Origin: Candidatus Micrarchaeota archaeon
GTDB taxonomy: Archaea > Micrarchaeota > Micrarchaeia > Anstonellales > Bilamarchaeaceae
Direction of reading: 5' to 3'
NCBI GenBank assembly: GCA_040754495.1
Contig: JBFMCO010000028.1
Span: forward strand, 13,878 to 77,877
DNA length: 64,000 bases
The position numbers and the translations under genes were made by a program. The notes under the pieces are model-generated. The model searched no databases. It was not told the DNA's origin and saw only the letters and a list, made by a program, of their open reading frames with translations. This document shows positions 51,470 through 61,122 of this stretch, one piece after another; position 1 is the first letter of the stretch; the number at the start of each line of letters is the position of its first letter.

Positions 51470-51994
51470 TCACTCCAGGTACATCGCCTTTTTGCACTTT
51501 GCGCAAAAATCCGCCCCCTTGTAATCCACCCCGGCTATCGAATCCGAGAACACCATCACGCATTTTTTGTCGTCGCAGTGCGGCAGGCCGAGGGTATGCC
51601 CCAGCTCGTGCATGATTTCCTTGAGGATGCGGTCCTTGAACAGGGCGTTCGCCAACGCATTGTCCTCGACCGGCCCGTAGAACCTCGGGTCCAGCCTCGC
51701 GGTCGAGACTATGGCCGCATCGCCCCTGGCAAGGCCGAAGACGAAGTTGAGGGGCGCGGAGAATATGTCCTCCCGCACCACGAAAATGGTCTTCTCGCCC
51801 GGGGAGAAGAACCGGCCTATTTCATCGAGGAGAACGTCAGCGTCGTACTGCTGGCGGCCGCTCCGGAACGAGCGCGTCATCGGGAAGTCCATGAACTCCA
51901 GGTCCGCCTCGGCCCTGAACTCCTTGCGTATGGCCTCCACTATCCTGGTGAATGCTGGAATCGTGCGCCCTACAAGGACAAGCGAGACGCGCAT
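51470..51994 (-). CDS. amzA: Archaemetzincin (Zn-dependent protease)
   Basis: R.QYDAD, NFVFGLA, HELGHTLGLPHC...CVM.FS...C..C. Confidence 0.92.
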   Translation of the reverse strand: MRVSLVLVGRTIPAFTRIVEAIRKEFRAEADLEFMDFPMTRSFRSGRQQYDADVLLDEIGRFFSPGEKTIFVVREDIFSAPLNFVFGLARGDAAIVSTARLDPRFYGPVEDNALANALFKDRILKEIMHELGHTLGLPHCDDKKCVMVFSDSIAGVDYKGADFCAKCKKAMYLE

Positions 51995-52034
51995 GGAATG
52001 ATAAGAAAGGGAGGGAAATAAAAAAGAAAGTTTC

Positions 52035-53405
52035 TCAGACGTTGAAGTACTTCTGGAGCTCGTAGCCGGAAACGCCCTTCATGGACTCCTTGTGCTGCCT
52101 GAGCTTGACCTCCAGGTAGTCTCCGAGGAGCTCGGTGGGCACGACCCCTTTCAGGAACGCGGTGTCGCTCTGCAGCGCCGACGCGGCCTCGAACAGGCTG
52201 TCCGGCAGCTCCTTCTCCACGCGCTTCTTTCCTCCTTCCTCCTCGAGCGGGTCTCCCGGGTCGGTCTTCTTCTTTATGCCGTCGAGGCCTGCCGCTGCCA
52301 CGAGGGCCTGCGCGAGATACGGGTTCGCTGCCGGGTCCGCGCCGAAGTAGGCGATTCTCTTGGTCTCCTTGATGTTCTTCTTGTAGCTCGGCACGCGGAC
52401 TAGCGCGTCCTTGTGCGACACGCTATAGCCCACCCTGAAGCCCTCCGCAGCCAGCCTCCTGTAGGAGTTTGGCGTGGGCGCGGTGAAGAGCGAGAGCGCG
52501 GCCGAGTGCTCGAGGAGGCCGCCGATGAAGTACAGGCCGCTCTGGCTGAGCTGGCCGTAATCCTCCTTGCCGTCGTAGAAGATGTTCTGCTCGCTCGTCT
52601 TCCACAGGCTGATGGCTATGTTGAACGAGTTGCCCTTCTCGCCCTCGACTGGGTACGGCATGAACGTCGCGGACGCGTTGACCGCGGTCGCGAGGTTCTT
52701 TGTTATGAACTTCAGCGTGTTCACGGCATCGCCGGCCGACTTGAGGCCGCGCGGGGAGAGCTCGAAGCTCTGCTGGGCCGTCGGAGCGCGGCCGTGCCTG
52801 TGCGAATCGACGAGCACGCCGAAGCTGTCCTCCAGCGTCTCGGATATCTGCGTCCTCGCGGAGTACATGGAGTCGCGCGGGGTGGCCGCGTATGCTCCCG
52901 TGTCTTCGTTGGAGAGGACGGACGGCCCCCACTTCGCCTCGCGGGAGTCCATTATCAGGCCGGTTCCCCTGCCGCGCGTTGTCTTGTCCGCGGTGGCGGT
53001 GTCGAAGATGTAGCAGTCCATCTCGCTGCCGACAAGCGCGCTCTTCACGCCTGCCGCGCCGAGGTTCGTCTCCATCCTGTCTGCCACGTAGCGCGGGTCC
53101 TTGAGGAACCTCTCCTTCCTGACCGCGACATAGACGTCGCAAATCAGCCTGACCGTCGCCGGCTCCCAGGGAAGCCTGGCAAGGGTGTCCGGGTCCGGGA
53201 GCAGGACGAGGTCGCCCTGCTCGGATGCACCGAATACCTCGGAAAGGTCCGCCGCGTGGAGGCCGTTCCCGAAGGACGCCTCCTCCAGCTTCCGGGTCGA
53301 CACGCTCACGCGGTGCATCTGCCCCTTTATGTCGAAAAACTGGAGGTCGACCCAGCGTATCTCGTTAGTAGCGATATATTTCATCACGTCATCTATAGCC
53401 GACAA
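52035..53405 (-). CDS. glnA: Glutamine synthetase type I family protein with degenerate catalytic residues
   Basis: RWVDLQFFDIKG, LLPDPDT, TFMPYP, NSYRRL, DPAANPYLA, LPDSL.EA; catalytic Glu/His/Arg largely replaced. Confidence 0.85.
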   Translation of the reverse strand: MSAIDDVMKYIATNEIRWVDLQFFDIKGQMHRVSVSTRKLEEASFGNGLHAADLSEVFGASEQGDLVLLPDPDTLARLPWEPATVRLICDVYVAVRKERFLKDPRYVADRMETNLGAAGVKSALVGSEMDCYIFDTATADKTTRGRGTGLIMDSREAKWGPSVLSNEDTGAYAATPRDSMYSARTQISETLEDSFGVLVDSHRHGRAPTAQQSFELSPRGLKSAGDAVNTLKFITKNLATAVNASATFMPYPVEGEKGNSFNIAISLWKTSEQNIFYDGKEDYGQLSQSGLYFIGGLLEHSAALSLFTAPTPNSYRRLAAEGFRVGYSVSHKDALVRVPSYKKNIKETKRIAYFGADPAANPYLAQALVAAAGLDGIKKKTDPGDPLEEEGGKKRVEKELPDSLFEAASALQSDTAFLKGVVPTELLGDYLEVKLRQHKESMKGVSGYELQKYFNV

Positions 53406-53471
53406 AATACCACCTCGGGATGACTATCTTAGCCATAAATACTAATAAATAGGTTTCGAACAATTCCGGCG

Positions 53472-55034
53472 TCAGCATGCGCTTTTGCGCTCAGCCGCGA
53501 GGCGCCTCGCCACAGGCGTCACGTAGTCCCCGTTCAGGCATCCGGTGCATATGGGCTGGCCTATCGCCTCCCGGAGCCCGGCAAGGGAGAGGTAGCCGAG
53601 GCTGTCGACTCCAAGGAAACGGGCGACCTCGTCCTCCTGCTTGTCGCTCGCGACGAGCTCCCTGTAGGATTTCATGTCCACCCCGTAGAAGCATGGGGCC
53701 CGAATCGGCGGGCAGGTTATGCGGACATGGACCTCACTTGCGCCGGCGCCGCGGACCAGAGAGATTATCTCCTTCAGGGTGGTCCCCCGGACGATGCTGT
53801 CGTCTATGAGGACCACGCGCTTGCCGGCTACGAGCGAGCGGACCGGGTTGAGTTTCAGGCGCACGTTGCCGCTGCGCTCCTCCTGCCTGGGCATTATGAA
53901 CGTCCTGCCGATGTAGCGGTTCTTTATCAGGCCCTCTTCGAGCGGGATGGACTGCGCCCTGGCGTAGGCCTCGGCGGCAGTGCGGGAGGTGTCGGGGACC
54001 GGGACCACCACGTCGGCATCGGCCGGATGCTCCCGGGCGAGCAGCGTCCCGAGGCGCTTGCGCACCTCCAGTACCTCCTTCCCGTTTATGACCGAGTCCG
54101 GGCGGGAGAAATACACGTATTCGAACATGCAGTGGCGAGGCTCCTTCTTCATCAGCGATTTCCGCTCCATGGGGCTTGCGAGGATGACGAGCTCGCCGCC
54201 ATCGACCGAGCCTTTGAACGGTATGCCGTTCACGTCGAGGGCGCAGCTTTCGCTGGCGAACGAGACGAAGCGGTCGTTCTCCCCCCATACGAGGGGCCTG
54301 ATTGCATGCGGGTCGCGGAAAACGGCCAGCCTGCCGTTGATTATGGCGGCATCGGAGTACGCCCCGTCCAGCGTGCCCATGACGTGCCTGACTGCGTCCT
54401 CTACGCTCCTGCCCTGCTTCAGCTGGGAGTGGAGGAGGTAGGCGATAGGCTCGGAATCCACGGTGCCGGTGAATGCGTAGCCCTCTGACTCGAGCGATGA
54501 GCGCACCGCGTCATAATTGGCGATGTGGCCGTTGTGCGTCACCGATATCCCGTCTATCACGGAAGGCTGGATGTCCTCCATCAGGCAGCGGCCCGTGGTC
54601 GGGTAGCGGGTATGGCCTATGCCAAGCCTCCCTTTGAGCAACATGTCCTCCTTGGTGAAAATGTCGCTGACAAGCCCGAGGCCCCGGCGGGCAACCAGTT
54701 TCCCGCCACCAGCCTCCAGTCCGGGGTTTGGGGTTTCCTGTTCAGGGTTCTGGACCCTGCCCTCCGTTCCGCCAAAACCCAAAACGCCGGACCCGGAACC
54801 CGAAACCGCCTGCCATGGGGCTGAAGCCCCAAGCCCTCCAGCGCTTCGCGCTGAAGGCCGGCTGCCCGATGCCGGCTGCTGGGGGCCGAGCACCACCATG
54901 CCGGCCGCATCCTGGCCCCTGTGCTGGAGCGCAACGAGCGCGCGGTAGATATAGGGGGCGACGTCCTCGCCGTTTTTCGAGTAGATTGCGATTATTCCGC
55001 ACTCTTCTTTTTTCTCTGAGGAGAAGGATACCAT
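53472..55034 (-). CDS. purF: Amidophosphoribosyltransferase with a 59-aa insertion
   Basis: EE|CGI, LQHRGQD, GHTRYPT, HNG, C.FEYVYFSRPDS, NRYIGRTFI, VLIDDSIVRGTT. Confidence 0.95.
   Translation of the reverse strand: MVSFSSEKKEECGIIAIYSKNGEDVAPYIYRALVALQHRGQDAAGMVVLGPQQPASGSRPSARSAGGLGASAPWQAVSGSGSGVLGFGGTEGRVQNPEQETPNPGLEAGGGKLVARRGLGLVSDIFTKEDMLLKGRLGIGHTRYPTTGRCLMEDIQPSVIDGISVTHNGHIANYDAVRSSLESEGYAFTGTVDSEPIAYLLHSQLKQGRSVEDAVRHVMGTLDGAYSDAAIINGRLAVFRDPHAIRPLVWGENDRFVSFASESCALDVNGIPFKGSVDGGELVILASPMERKSLMKKEPRHCMFEYVYFSRPDSVINGKEVLEVRKRLGTLLAREHPADADVVVPVPDTSRTAAEAYARAQSIPLEEGLIKNRYIGRTFIMPRQEERSGNVRLKLNPVRSLVAGKRVVLIDDSIVRGTTLKEIISLVRGAGASEVHVRITCPPIRAPCFYGVDMKSYRELVASDKQEDEVARFLGVDSLGYLSLAGLREAIGQPICTGCLNGDYVTPVARRLAAERKSAC
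54708..54884. repeat. Heptamer palindromic element inserted in frame in purF (177 nt)
   Basis: 21-nt identity (GTTTTGGGTTTTGGCGGAACG) with intergenic copy 45351-45371; 7-mer periodicity on both arms. Confidence 0.8.
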
Positions 55035-55083
55035 AAGCTATAGTGGGGAAGCGGATTTAAATCAGTTTGGGCAAAACGGATTC

Positions 55084-56403
55084 ATGTTCGGCACCTCCGG
55101 CATCAGAGGCATCTATGGACACGACATCACCATAGGCCTCGCCTCGAAGGTAGCGTCCATTTTCGCATCGGGCCGGCTGGTTGCCGGAAGGGATATCCGG
55201 GAGAGCGGCCCGGCGCTGTTCGGGGCAGTCTGCCGTGGAGCCCATTCGGCCGGCGCAGATGTCGTGGACCTCGGCATCGTCCCCACGCCCACTGCCGCCC
55301 TGGCAACGAAAAAGCACTCCTGCAGGGGCATCATGATAACCGCATCGCACAATCCGCCGGAATACAACGGCCTCAAGCTCATCGAGGGCGGCAAGGAAAT
55401 CGGCAAGCCCCTTGAGAGGGAGGTCACTGCAAGATACGGGAAGGCGGCGGACGTGAAGGGCGGCGTGCACGGGAGGACCATACGCGACGCGGCCATCATA
55501 GAAGACCACAAGGGACTGGTGGCCGGGGTGGTCGATTGCAAGGCGATAGCCGCCAGGAAGCCGAAGGTGGTCGTGGACTGCAACGGCGCCGCATGCGCGA
55601 TAACCCCCCAGCTCCTGACCGACCTCGGCTGCAGGGTGGTCAGCGTGAACGCATCCGAATCGTGCTTCAACAGGCCGTCCGAGCCTAGCGCGGGGAATCT
55701 CGCCTACCTCTCCTCTTTCGTCCGGGAAATCGGGGCGGATTTCGCACTCGCACACGACGGCGACGGGGACCGATGCATGGTGCTGGACGAGTTGGGGGAG
55801 GCATTGGCCCTCGATACCCAGCTCGCCATCATGATAGAGCATGAGCTTGGCCGGAAATCGCGCGGCGGGGCCAAGGTCGTTTCCACGGTGGAGGCATCGC
55901 TCACCATACGGGATGTCGTGGAAAAAAGCGGCGGGGAGATCCTCATCACGCCGGTCGGCAGCACCTACGTCGGCGACGCGCTGGAGGAGAGCGGGGCGCT
56001 TTTCGGGGGCGAGCCGTGCGGCGAATACATCTACAAGGCCGGCGTCCACGTGCCGGATGCGGTCATGGCAGCGGCCATGTTCGCCGAAATCTTCTGCGCG
56101 GGGGGGCCTTTCTCGAAACTCAAAACCCGATACCCGCAACATTTCATGGCAAGGGAGAAGTTCCGGGCCGGCGACAAGCATGCCGCGATGCGGAAGGTCA
56201 TTGATGCCGTTTCCGCGCTCGGGATAGCCGGGAAGACAAGGACTGACGACGGGATACGCGTAGATGAGGAGGATGGATGGTTCCTGATCCGTGCCTCCGG
56301 GACCGAGCCGGTCGTACGGCTTACTATGGAATACAAGGCCAGGGCGAGGCGTGATGAGAGGCATGCCGCGCTGAAGCGCATCATCTCCCTTGCCCTTGCC
56401 TAG
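55084..56403 (+). CDS. glmM: Phosphoglucosamine mutase / phosphohexomutase
   Basis: FGTSGIRG, ITASHNP, DGDGDR, GGEPCG, IRASGTEP. Confidence 0.88.
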   Translation: MFGTSGIRGIYGHDITIGLASKVASIFASGRLVAGRDIRESGPALFGAVCRGAHSAGADVVDLGIVPTPTAALATKKHSCRGIMITASHNPPEYNGLKLIEGGKEIGKPLEREVTARYGKAADVKGGVHGRTIRDAAIIEDHKGLVAGVVDCKAIAARKPKVVVDCNGAACAITPQLLTDLGCRVVSVNASESCFNRPSEPSAGNLAYLSSFVREIGADFALAHDGDGDRCMVLDELGEALALDTQLAIMIEHELGRKSRGGAKVVSTVEASLTIRDVVEKSGGEILITPVGSTYVGDALEESGALFGGEPCGEYIYKAGVHVPDAVMAAAMFAEIFCAGGPFSKLKTRYPQHFMAREKFRAGDKHAAMRKVIDAVSALGIAGKTRTDDGIRVDEEDGWFLIRASGTEPVVRLTMEYKARARRDERHAALKRIISLALA

Positions 56404-56404
56404 C

Positions 56405-56937
56405 TCATTTTACCGGGATGTAGTAAAGCGGCACGAAGACGGTTGGCATGGGGGGCGGGAAGGGGCCCTCATAGGCGCATCCATAGGGCGAGGAGTCCAG
56501 CGCCTCCCAGAGCTCCCTTTGCGCAATCTCCATCCCCGAGGAGCTGAGATAGAATATGGCCAGGTTCCGCTGCCTTCCGGGCGGGGAGAATGCCACGACA
56601 TCGCCGAGAGTCTCTACGCTCACAAGCACGTCTACTGGCCGGCTGCTCAGGAGAAGCCCGGAAAGGCGCCCCATGCACTGCTCCTTCCCGGAGAAGGCCA
56701 GAAGCGAGGCGGCCGGGAGCGCCTCGTCGTAGTATAGCGCCTCCCGAATCTCCCTGATGAGGAACGGGGCATACCATTCCGTGACCATGTCCGCGATGCG
56801 GCGCAAAAACCCGGGCGCGGATGCGCAGTCCTCGGCAAGCGGCTCCTTCAGCGGCCCGAGGGCTGCCCTCAGCCTCCCCCATGCCTCGCGCTGCCGCTCG
56901 TGCGTGACGGCGCGGTCCCTGTACGGTCCGTTCATAT
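56405..56937 (-). CDS. Hypothetical protein
   Basis: ORF; start uncertain; no motif recognised. Confidence 0.55.
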
Positions 56938-56970
56938 GTTGCAGTATTAGTAACAAAATGCTTATATTTG

Positions 56971-57399
56971 CTAACGGGCGCCTGCCGATAGCCTTGCGAG
57001 GCACGCCATTGCGTCCTTTCCCCGCCCGGACGGGACGAGCAGGTGGTCGTGGTGGTATGCAGAGAACGCGTTCACGCTGATTTTTTCCCCGGCAAGGGCC
57101 GCAGTTATCCTTGCAAGGAAGCCGACCGCCATCAGGTCTGACTGGACCGACAGCGTTATCAGGGCGAATGGCCCCTGGACGCTTTCCCCGCTGAGAGGGG
57201 AGATGTCCTCCAGCGCATCCTCGGAAAACACGACCGTCAGGCCTTCCTCCTCCCGGAAGATGGCAAGAATGGAATCCAGATGGTTGGCAAGGACCATGAG
57301 CTGGCCTTCCTCAACGGACGCGAAATAGTATTTCGTTTCCGAAAGGGCCGGGCTCATGGAGCGCAGGAGAGTACCGAGGTCAGATATCGCCATAGCCAT
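56971..57399 (-). CDS. ACT domain-containing protein (ACT_3/ACT_7)
   Basis: DLGTLLRSMSP, FREEEGLTVV, ALITLSVQSDLMAVG, HHDHLLVP. Confidence 0.88.
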   Translation of the reverse strand: MAMAISDLGTLLRSMSPALSETKYYFASVEEGQLMVLANHLDSILAIFREEEGLTVVFSEDALEDISPLSGESVQGPFALITLSVQSDLMAVGFLARITAALAGEKISVNAFSAYHHDHLLVPSGRGKDAMACLARLSAGAR

Positions 57400-57421
57400 C
57401 CCCTCAAAACGCTGGACGCAG

Positions 57422-57460
57422 AACGCACAACCCGAAACCTGGAGCCGGCTGCCGGATGCT
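57422..57460. repeat. Heptamer repeat copy between translin and ACT genes
   Basis: cacaacc cgaaacc tggagcc ggctgcc ggatgct; reverse-complement-like to 45315-45348. Confidence 0.65.
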
Positions 57461-58011
57461 CATAACAGCTCCCCCCGTGCCTGCTCTATCTGGTGGCGGG
57501 CCGAATCCTGCTTCTTGCGGAACTCCGGGAGGACCGAATTCGAGAAGCGGAGCGGGAGCAGCTCGTCGTATATCTCCTCCATCATCCTGAAATAGAAGCC
57601 GGCCTCGTGCTTGTTGCCCCTGCGGAGGGACTCGTACATCTCCCTCTTGAGCTCGCCTATCGCATCAAGGAGGCCAAGGAGGTAAGGTATCTCCGGGACC
57701 TTCAGCTGGGCGTAGCCCGGGATTTTCTTCTGCTCGATGGCTGAGAGGACGATGCGCGCCTCGGCGTATTCCTGGTAGATGTGGCCAAGCTGGGACGGGA
57801 ACCCGTCCGAATACGGCGAGAGGGCCTTGAGGGCTTTTTCCGCCTCGTCAAGGTGCGCCTTCGCGTTTTTGAGCTCGTAGGCGTGCATGCATTTTATTGC
57901 GTTAGAGCAGGAGCGCACGACCTTCCGCTGCTCGGCGAGCACGAAATCCAGGCTCTTCTCCTTCTCGGAGAGCTTTTTCATGATTTTCTCGACGCCTATG
58001 TGGAGTGACAT
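57460..58011 (-). CDS. Translin family protein
   Basis: YQEYAEA, YLLGLLDAIGELKR, RKKQD. Confidence 0.85.
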   Translation of the reverse strand: MSLHIGVEKIMKKLSEKEKSLDFVLAEQRKVVRSCSNAIKCMHAYELKNAKAHLDEAEKALKALSPYSDGFPSQLGHIYQEYAEARIVLSAIEQKKIPGYAQLKVPEIPYLLGLLDAIGELKREMYESLRRGNKHEAGFYFRMMEEIYDELLPLRFSNSVLPEFRKKQDSARHQIEQARGELL

Positions 58012-58061
58012 GAAGGGATAGGCCCAGCGAAGCTTAAAAAGATGGGCGCGGAGAGCCATGC

Positions 58062-58838
58062 ATGGCACTCGAAATTCTCGCGGTCTGCGCAGTCCCGGTC
58101 GGGCTAATCCTGCTTTTCATGCTGATTGGCTCGATAAGGGTCCTCTACCAGTACCAGAAGGGCATACTCTTCCAGCTCGGCAAATACCAGAAGACGATGG
58201 AGCCCGGGGTGACGGTGGTGCTGCCCATGCTGCAGGAGCTGCGCGTCGTTGACATGAGGATAACCACGGCCGACATCCCCAAGCAGGAGGTCATCACCAA
58301 GGACAACATCCCGGTCCTCGTGAACACGGTCGTGTATTACAAGGTCGAGAAGCCCGAGGCCGCGGTCCTCAAGATACAGAACTTCGATTTCGCGGTGAGG
58401 CAGTACACGCAGGCCGCGCTGAGGGATGTGGTCGGCAACAATGAGCTGGATTTCGTGCTCACCGAAAGGGAGAAAGTCGCGGAGTCCATAAAGAAGATTG
58501 TCGATACTGAGACCTCGGACTGGGGCGTGGACATCTCCGCCATCAAGATACAGGAAATCGAGCTGCCTGCAGAGATGAAAAGGGCCATGGCCAAGCAGGC
58601 GGAGGCGGAGAGGGAGCGCAGGGCCGCGATCATCGTTTCCGAAGGCGAGATGCAGGCTTCGGAGAACCTCAGGAAGGCAGCGGAAACCCTCGCCCGCTCG
58701 CCGGCCGCCCTGCAGCTGCGGACGCTGCAGACGATACGGGACATTGCGGCCGACCCGTCCGAGAAAATCGTGCTCTTCATCCCGAGCGACTATCATAAGC
58801 TTGCAAGCAGCCTGCTTGGCAAGAAGAAGGAGGAGTGA
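58062..58838 (+). CDS. SPFH/stomatin family protein
   Basis: VDMR..T.DIPKQEVITKDN, QAALRDVVG, MAKQAEAERERRA, LQLRTLQT. Confidence 0.92.
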   Translation: MALEILAVCAVPVGLILLFMLIGSIRVLYQYQKGILFQLGKYQKTMEPGVTVVLPMLQELRVVDMRITTADIPKQEVITKDNIPVLVNTVVYYKVEKPEAAVLKIQNFDFAVRQYTQAALRDVVGNNELDFVLTEREKVAESIKKIVDTETSDWGVDISAIKIQEIELPAEMKRAMAKQAEAERERRAAIIVSEGEMQASENLRKAAETLARSPAALQLRTLQTIRDIAADPSEKIVLFIPSDYHKLASSLLGKKKEE

Positions 58839-59504
58839 ATGCTCGAGCGCAAGAAGAGGTATCTCCAGCTGGCATTCAACCAGGACTCCTCAACTGTCGC
58901 GAGGCTGCTCCCGCGCATCCCCCGCGACGAGAGGATAATCATAGAGGCCGGGACGCCATATATAAAAAGGGAGGGCGAGCGCGCCATCCGGTTCATAAGG
59001 GGCATGTGGGGGGGATACGTGGTCGCAGACATCAAGACCATGGACGGGGCCGCGGAAGAGGCAGCCGAGGCTGCTGAGGCAGGGGCTAATGGCGCGACAG
59101 TCCTCGGAGCCGCGCCGAAAGAGACGCTTGACGTGTTCATCGAGAGCTGCGCCGAGGCCGGGATAGACTCCTTCGTGGACATGATTGGCGTGGAGGACCC
59201 CCTCCGGGTCCTCATGAAGCTGAAGAAGCCGCCCCACGTCGTCGTCCTGCACAAGGGAAGGGACGAGGAGAGCACCCGCTCCAAGTTCATCAAATACGTC
59301 CATATCAAGCGCGTCCGGAGCAAATTCGACGTGCTCATTTCGGCCGCAGGCGGCATAGACCTCAAGGCGGCGCAGAGCGCATCCTTCAACGGCGCTGACA
59401 TAGTGGCCGTCAATATCGTGACGCCTGACGACCCCTTCGAGGGCATAGCGACCGACGAGGCCATCGAAACGCTCGCGGTCGAGTTCCTGCGGGGCATAGA
59501 CTGA
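58839..59504 (+). CDS. 3-hexulose-6-phosphate synthase-like (OMPDC/HUMPS family) protein
   Basis: LQLAF, IEAGTPYIKREG, ADIKTMD, AGGI. Confidence 0.8.
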   Translation: MLERKKRYLQLAFNQDSSTVARLLPRIPRDERIIIEAGTPYIKREGERAIRFIRGMWGGYVVADIKTMDGAAEEAAEAAEAGANGATVLGAAPKETLDVFIESCAEAGIDSFVDMIGVEDPLRVLMKLKKPPHVVVLHKGRDEESTRSKFIKYVHIKRVRSKFDVLISAAGGIDLKAAQSASFNGADIVAVNIVTPDDPFEGIATDEAIETLAVEFLRGID

Positions 59505-59512
59505 GGTGCTCT

Positions 59513-60262
59513 ATGGACGCAGCAATCTTCGCCCTGGGAGCGGCAGTCTCTGTTTCCGTCATACTTGCTTATATCGCCATGGCAATAGGCGGCGCAATCA
59601 TCCGGCCGCGGATAAAGGACGCGAAGGCGCTGGAAAAGGCGGTGAAGGCGCTCGCGCTCGCCCTTTTCGTTGTGCTGGGTTTTTCCATAGTGCCGGTCAT
59701 GGTCGGGGTTTTCGTATTCATGCTCGATGAGGCAGGCATCACCGGCTTCCCCGCTGATGCCTTCATCGAGAACGACATGCTGCTCGTGTATCTGTTCTGG
59801 GCTGTTTATGCAATCGGGATGGTTATCGCCTTCCCTGCCATGAAAAAAGACTTTTTCGGGCCAGATGGGGGCGGCGAGGCCAAACCGCACGGGCCCACAT
59901 GGCCGCCGCTGGATTACCAGATAAAGACGGCAGGAGCCATTTTCCTTGCCAGGACAATCGGGGATGAACCCTCGGCCGCTTACGAGGTGCTCGAGATATG
60001 GAAGAAACCGGAGGGGTTCATGTTCAAAAAAGGCGATGCCGCCGCAATAGACACGAAGTTTTTCCAGCTCCTCGGATACAGGCCCGAAGACGGACAGCTC
60101 GTCGTTTTTTTCATCATGGACAAGCCCCCCTACGACAGTCCGGTCGAGCTGCTCCCTGCCGCGGACGGCAGGGTTGTTTTCGCCCCGGGGGACCCCACCG
60201 TGCGCGAGGAGCTTTCGATAAGCGGGCTGAAGGAGCGGGTCCTCCGGGCAGTCAGGAGATAG
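59513..60262 (+). CDS. Hypothetical membrane protein (three TM helices plus soluble C-domain)
   Basis: ORF; hydrophobic N-half. Confidence 0.6.
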   Translation: MDAAIFALGAAVSVSVILAYIAMAIGGAIIRPRIKDAKALEKAVKALALALFVVLGFSIVPVMVGVFVFMLDEAGITGFPADAFIENDMLLVYLFWAVYAIGMVIAFPAMKKDFFGPDGGGEAKPHGPTWPPLDYQIKTAGAIFLARTIGDEPSAAYEVLEIWKKPEGFMFKKGDAAAIDTKFFQLLGYRPEDGQLVVFFIMDKPPYDSPVELLPAADGRVVFAPGDPTVREELSISGLKERVLRAVRR

Positions 60263-60268
60263 GCACCG

Positions 60269-61069
60269 CTAACTGGTGTCAATGATGCGTGTTTTCTCAT
60301 CGATGTCCTCTATGACCACATTTTCCATGCGCTTTGCGAAATCGAGCAGTTTTTTGAGCTGGTCTTCCCGCATCAGGACACGTTCCTTCCCAGGTAGCGG
60401 GCCTTTTCCGCGGATTGGGTAAAATCCGAAGCTCACTATAGAGTAATCCCTGAATCTCCTTATCAGTAGAAAAATGCCGTTTTTCCCGCAGATTTCCAGC
60501 GAGTCGAGGTTTTTGCCGGCATATCTCGCAGTTATTCCGTCCCCGATTTTGGTGAAAAGGAACGGATTGGCTTGTTTTGCGGCCATCACGGGGATGCCGA
60601 GAATGAAGAAAAGGAAGCCGATAAAGAAGCCCATGGATGGATTGACGGGATTTGGCAGCTGGAATTCCTTCCTCGCTTCTGCAACCAGCAGGCTCATGTA
60701 CTCCACATAATCCTCTCGGCTCGAAACTGTCCCGTTGCACTCCAGCTCATAGACCGCACTGCAGTAGCGTTCCATTTCATTCGGCGTCAGTTCCTGCTCG
60801 AACGCCGGGATGCTGAGGTTATGGCACCGGTCGTACTGTTCGATGAGTTTGGATTTGACGAATGTGTCGTCAGAGAAAGGGAGGGGCCCGGACAGCGAAG
60901 GGCCCATGAAAGCGAAGAGGAGCGAGATGCCGGCAAGTGCGCACAAAATAGCGAGGAAGTATTTTGCCAGCTCTTTGGCGTCCGGCGCAAATATGCAGGA
61001 ACGGATGTCATCGTCAGTGATTGACAGGATTTCATCGCGGTCCAGGGCCTCGAAAGCGGCTTTGGCCAT
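60269..61069 (-). CDS. Hypothetical two-TM membrane protein
   Basis: ORF; two TM helices flanking a Cys-containing loop; somewhat AT-richer. Confidence 0.6.
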   Translation of the reverse strand: MAKAAFEALDRDEILSITDDDIRSCIFAPDAKELAKYFLAILCALAGISLLFAFMGPSLSGPLPFSDDTFVKSKLIEQYDRCHNLSIPAFEQELTPNEMERYCSAVYELECNGTVSSREDYVEYMSLLVAEARKEFQLPNPVNPSMGFFIGFLFFILGIPVMAAKQANPFLFTKIGDGITARYAGKNLDSLEICGKNGIFLLIRRFRDYSIVSFGFYPIRGKGPLPGKERVLMREDQLKKLLDFAKRMENVVIEDIDEKTRIIDTS

Positions 61070-61122
61070 CGTATGATGCTTTGCGGGGCGAAGGATTTAA
61101 AGCGTGGGGAAGAATGCTAGCC

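Noticed and set aside
55057-56364. 435-aa minus-strand ORF
   Set aside because: Antisense to glmM
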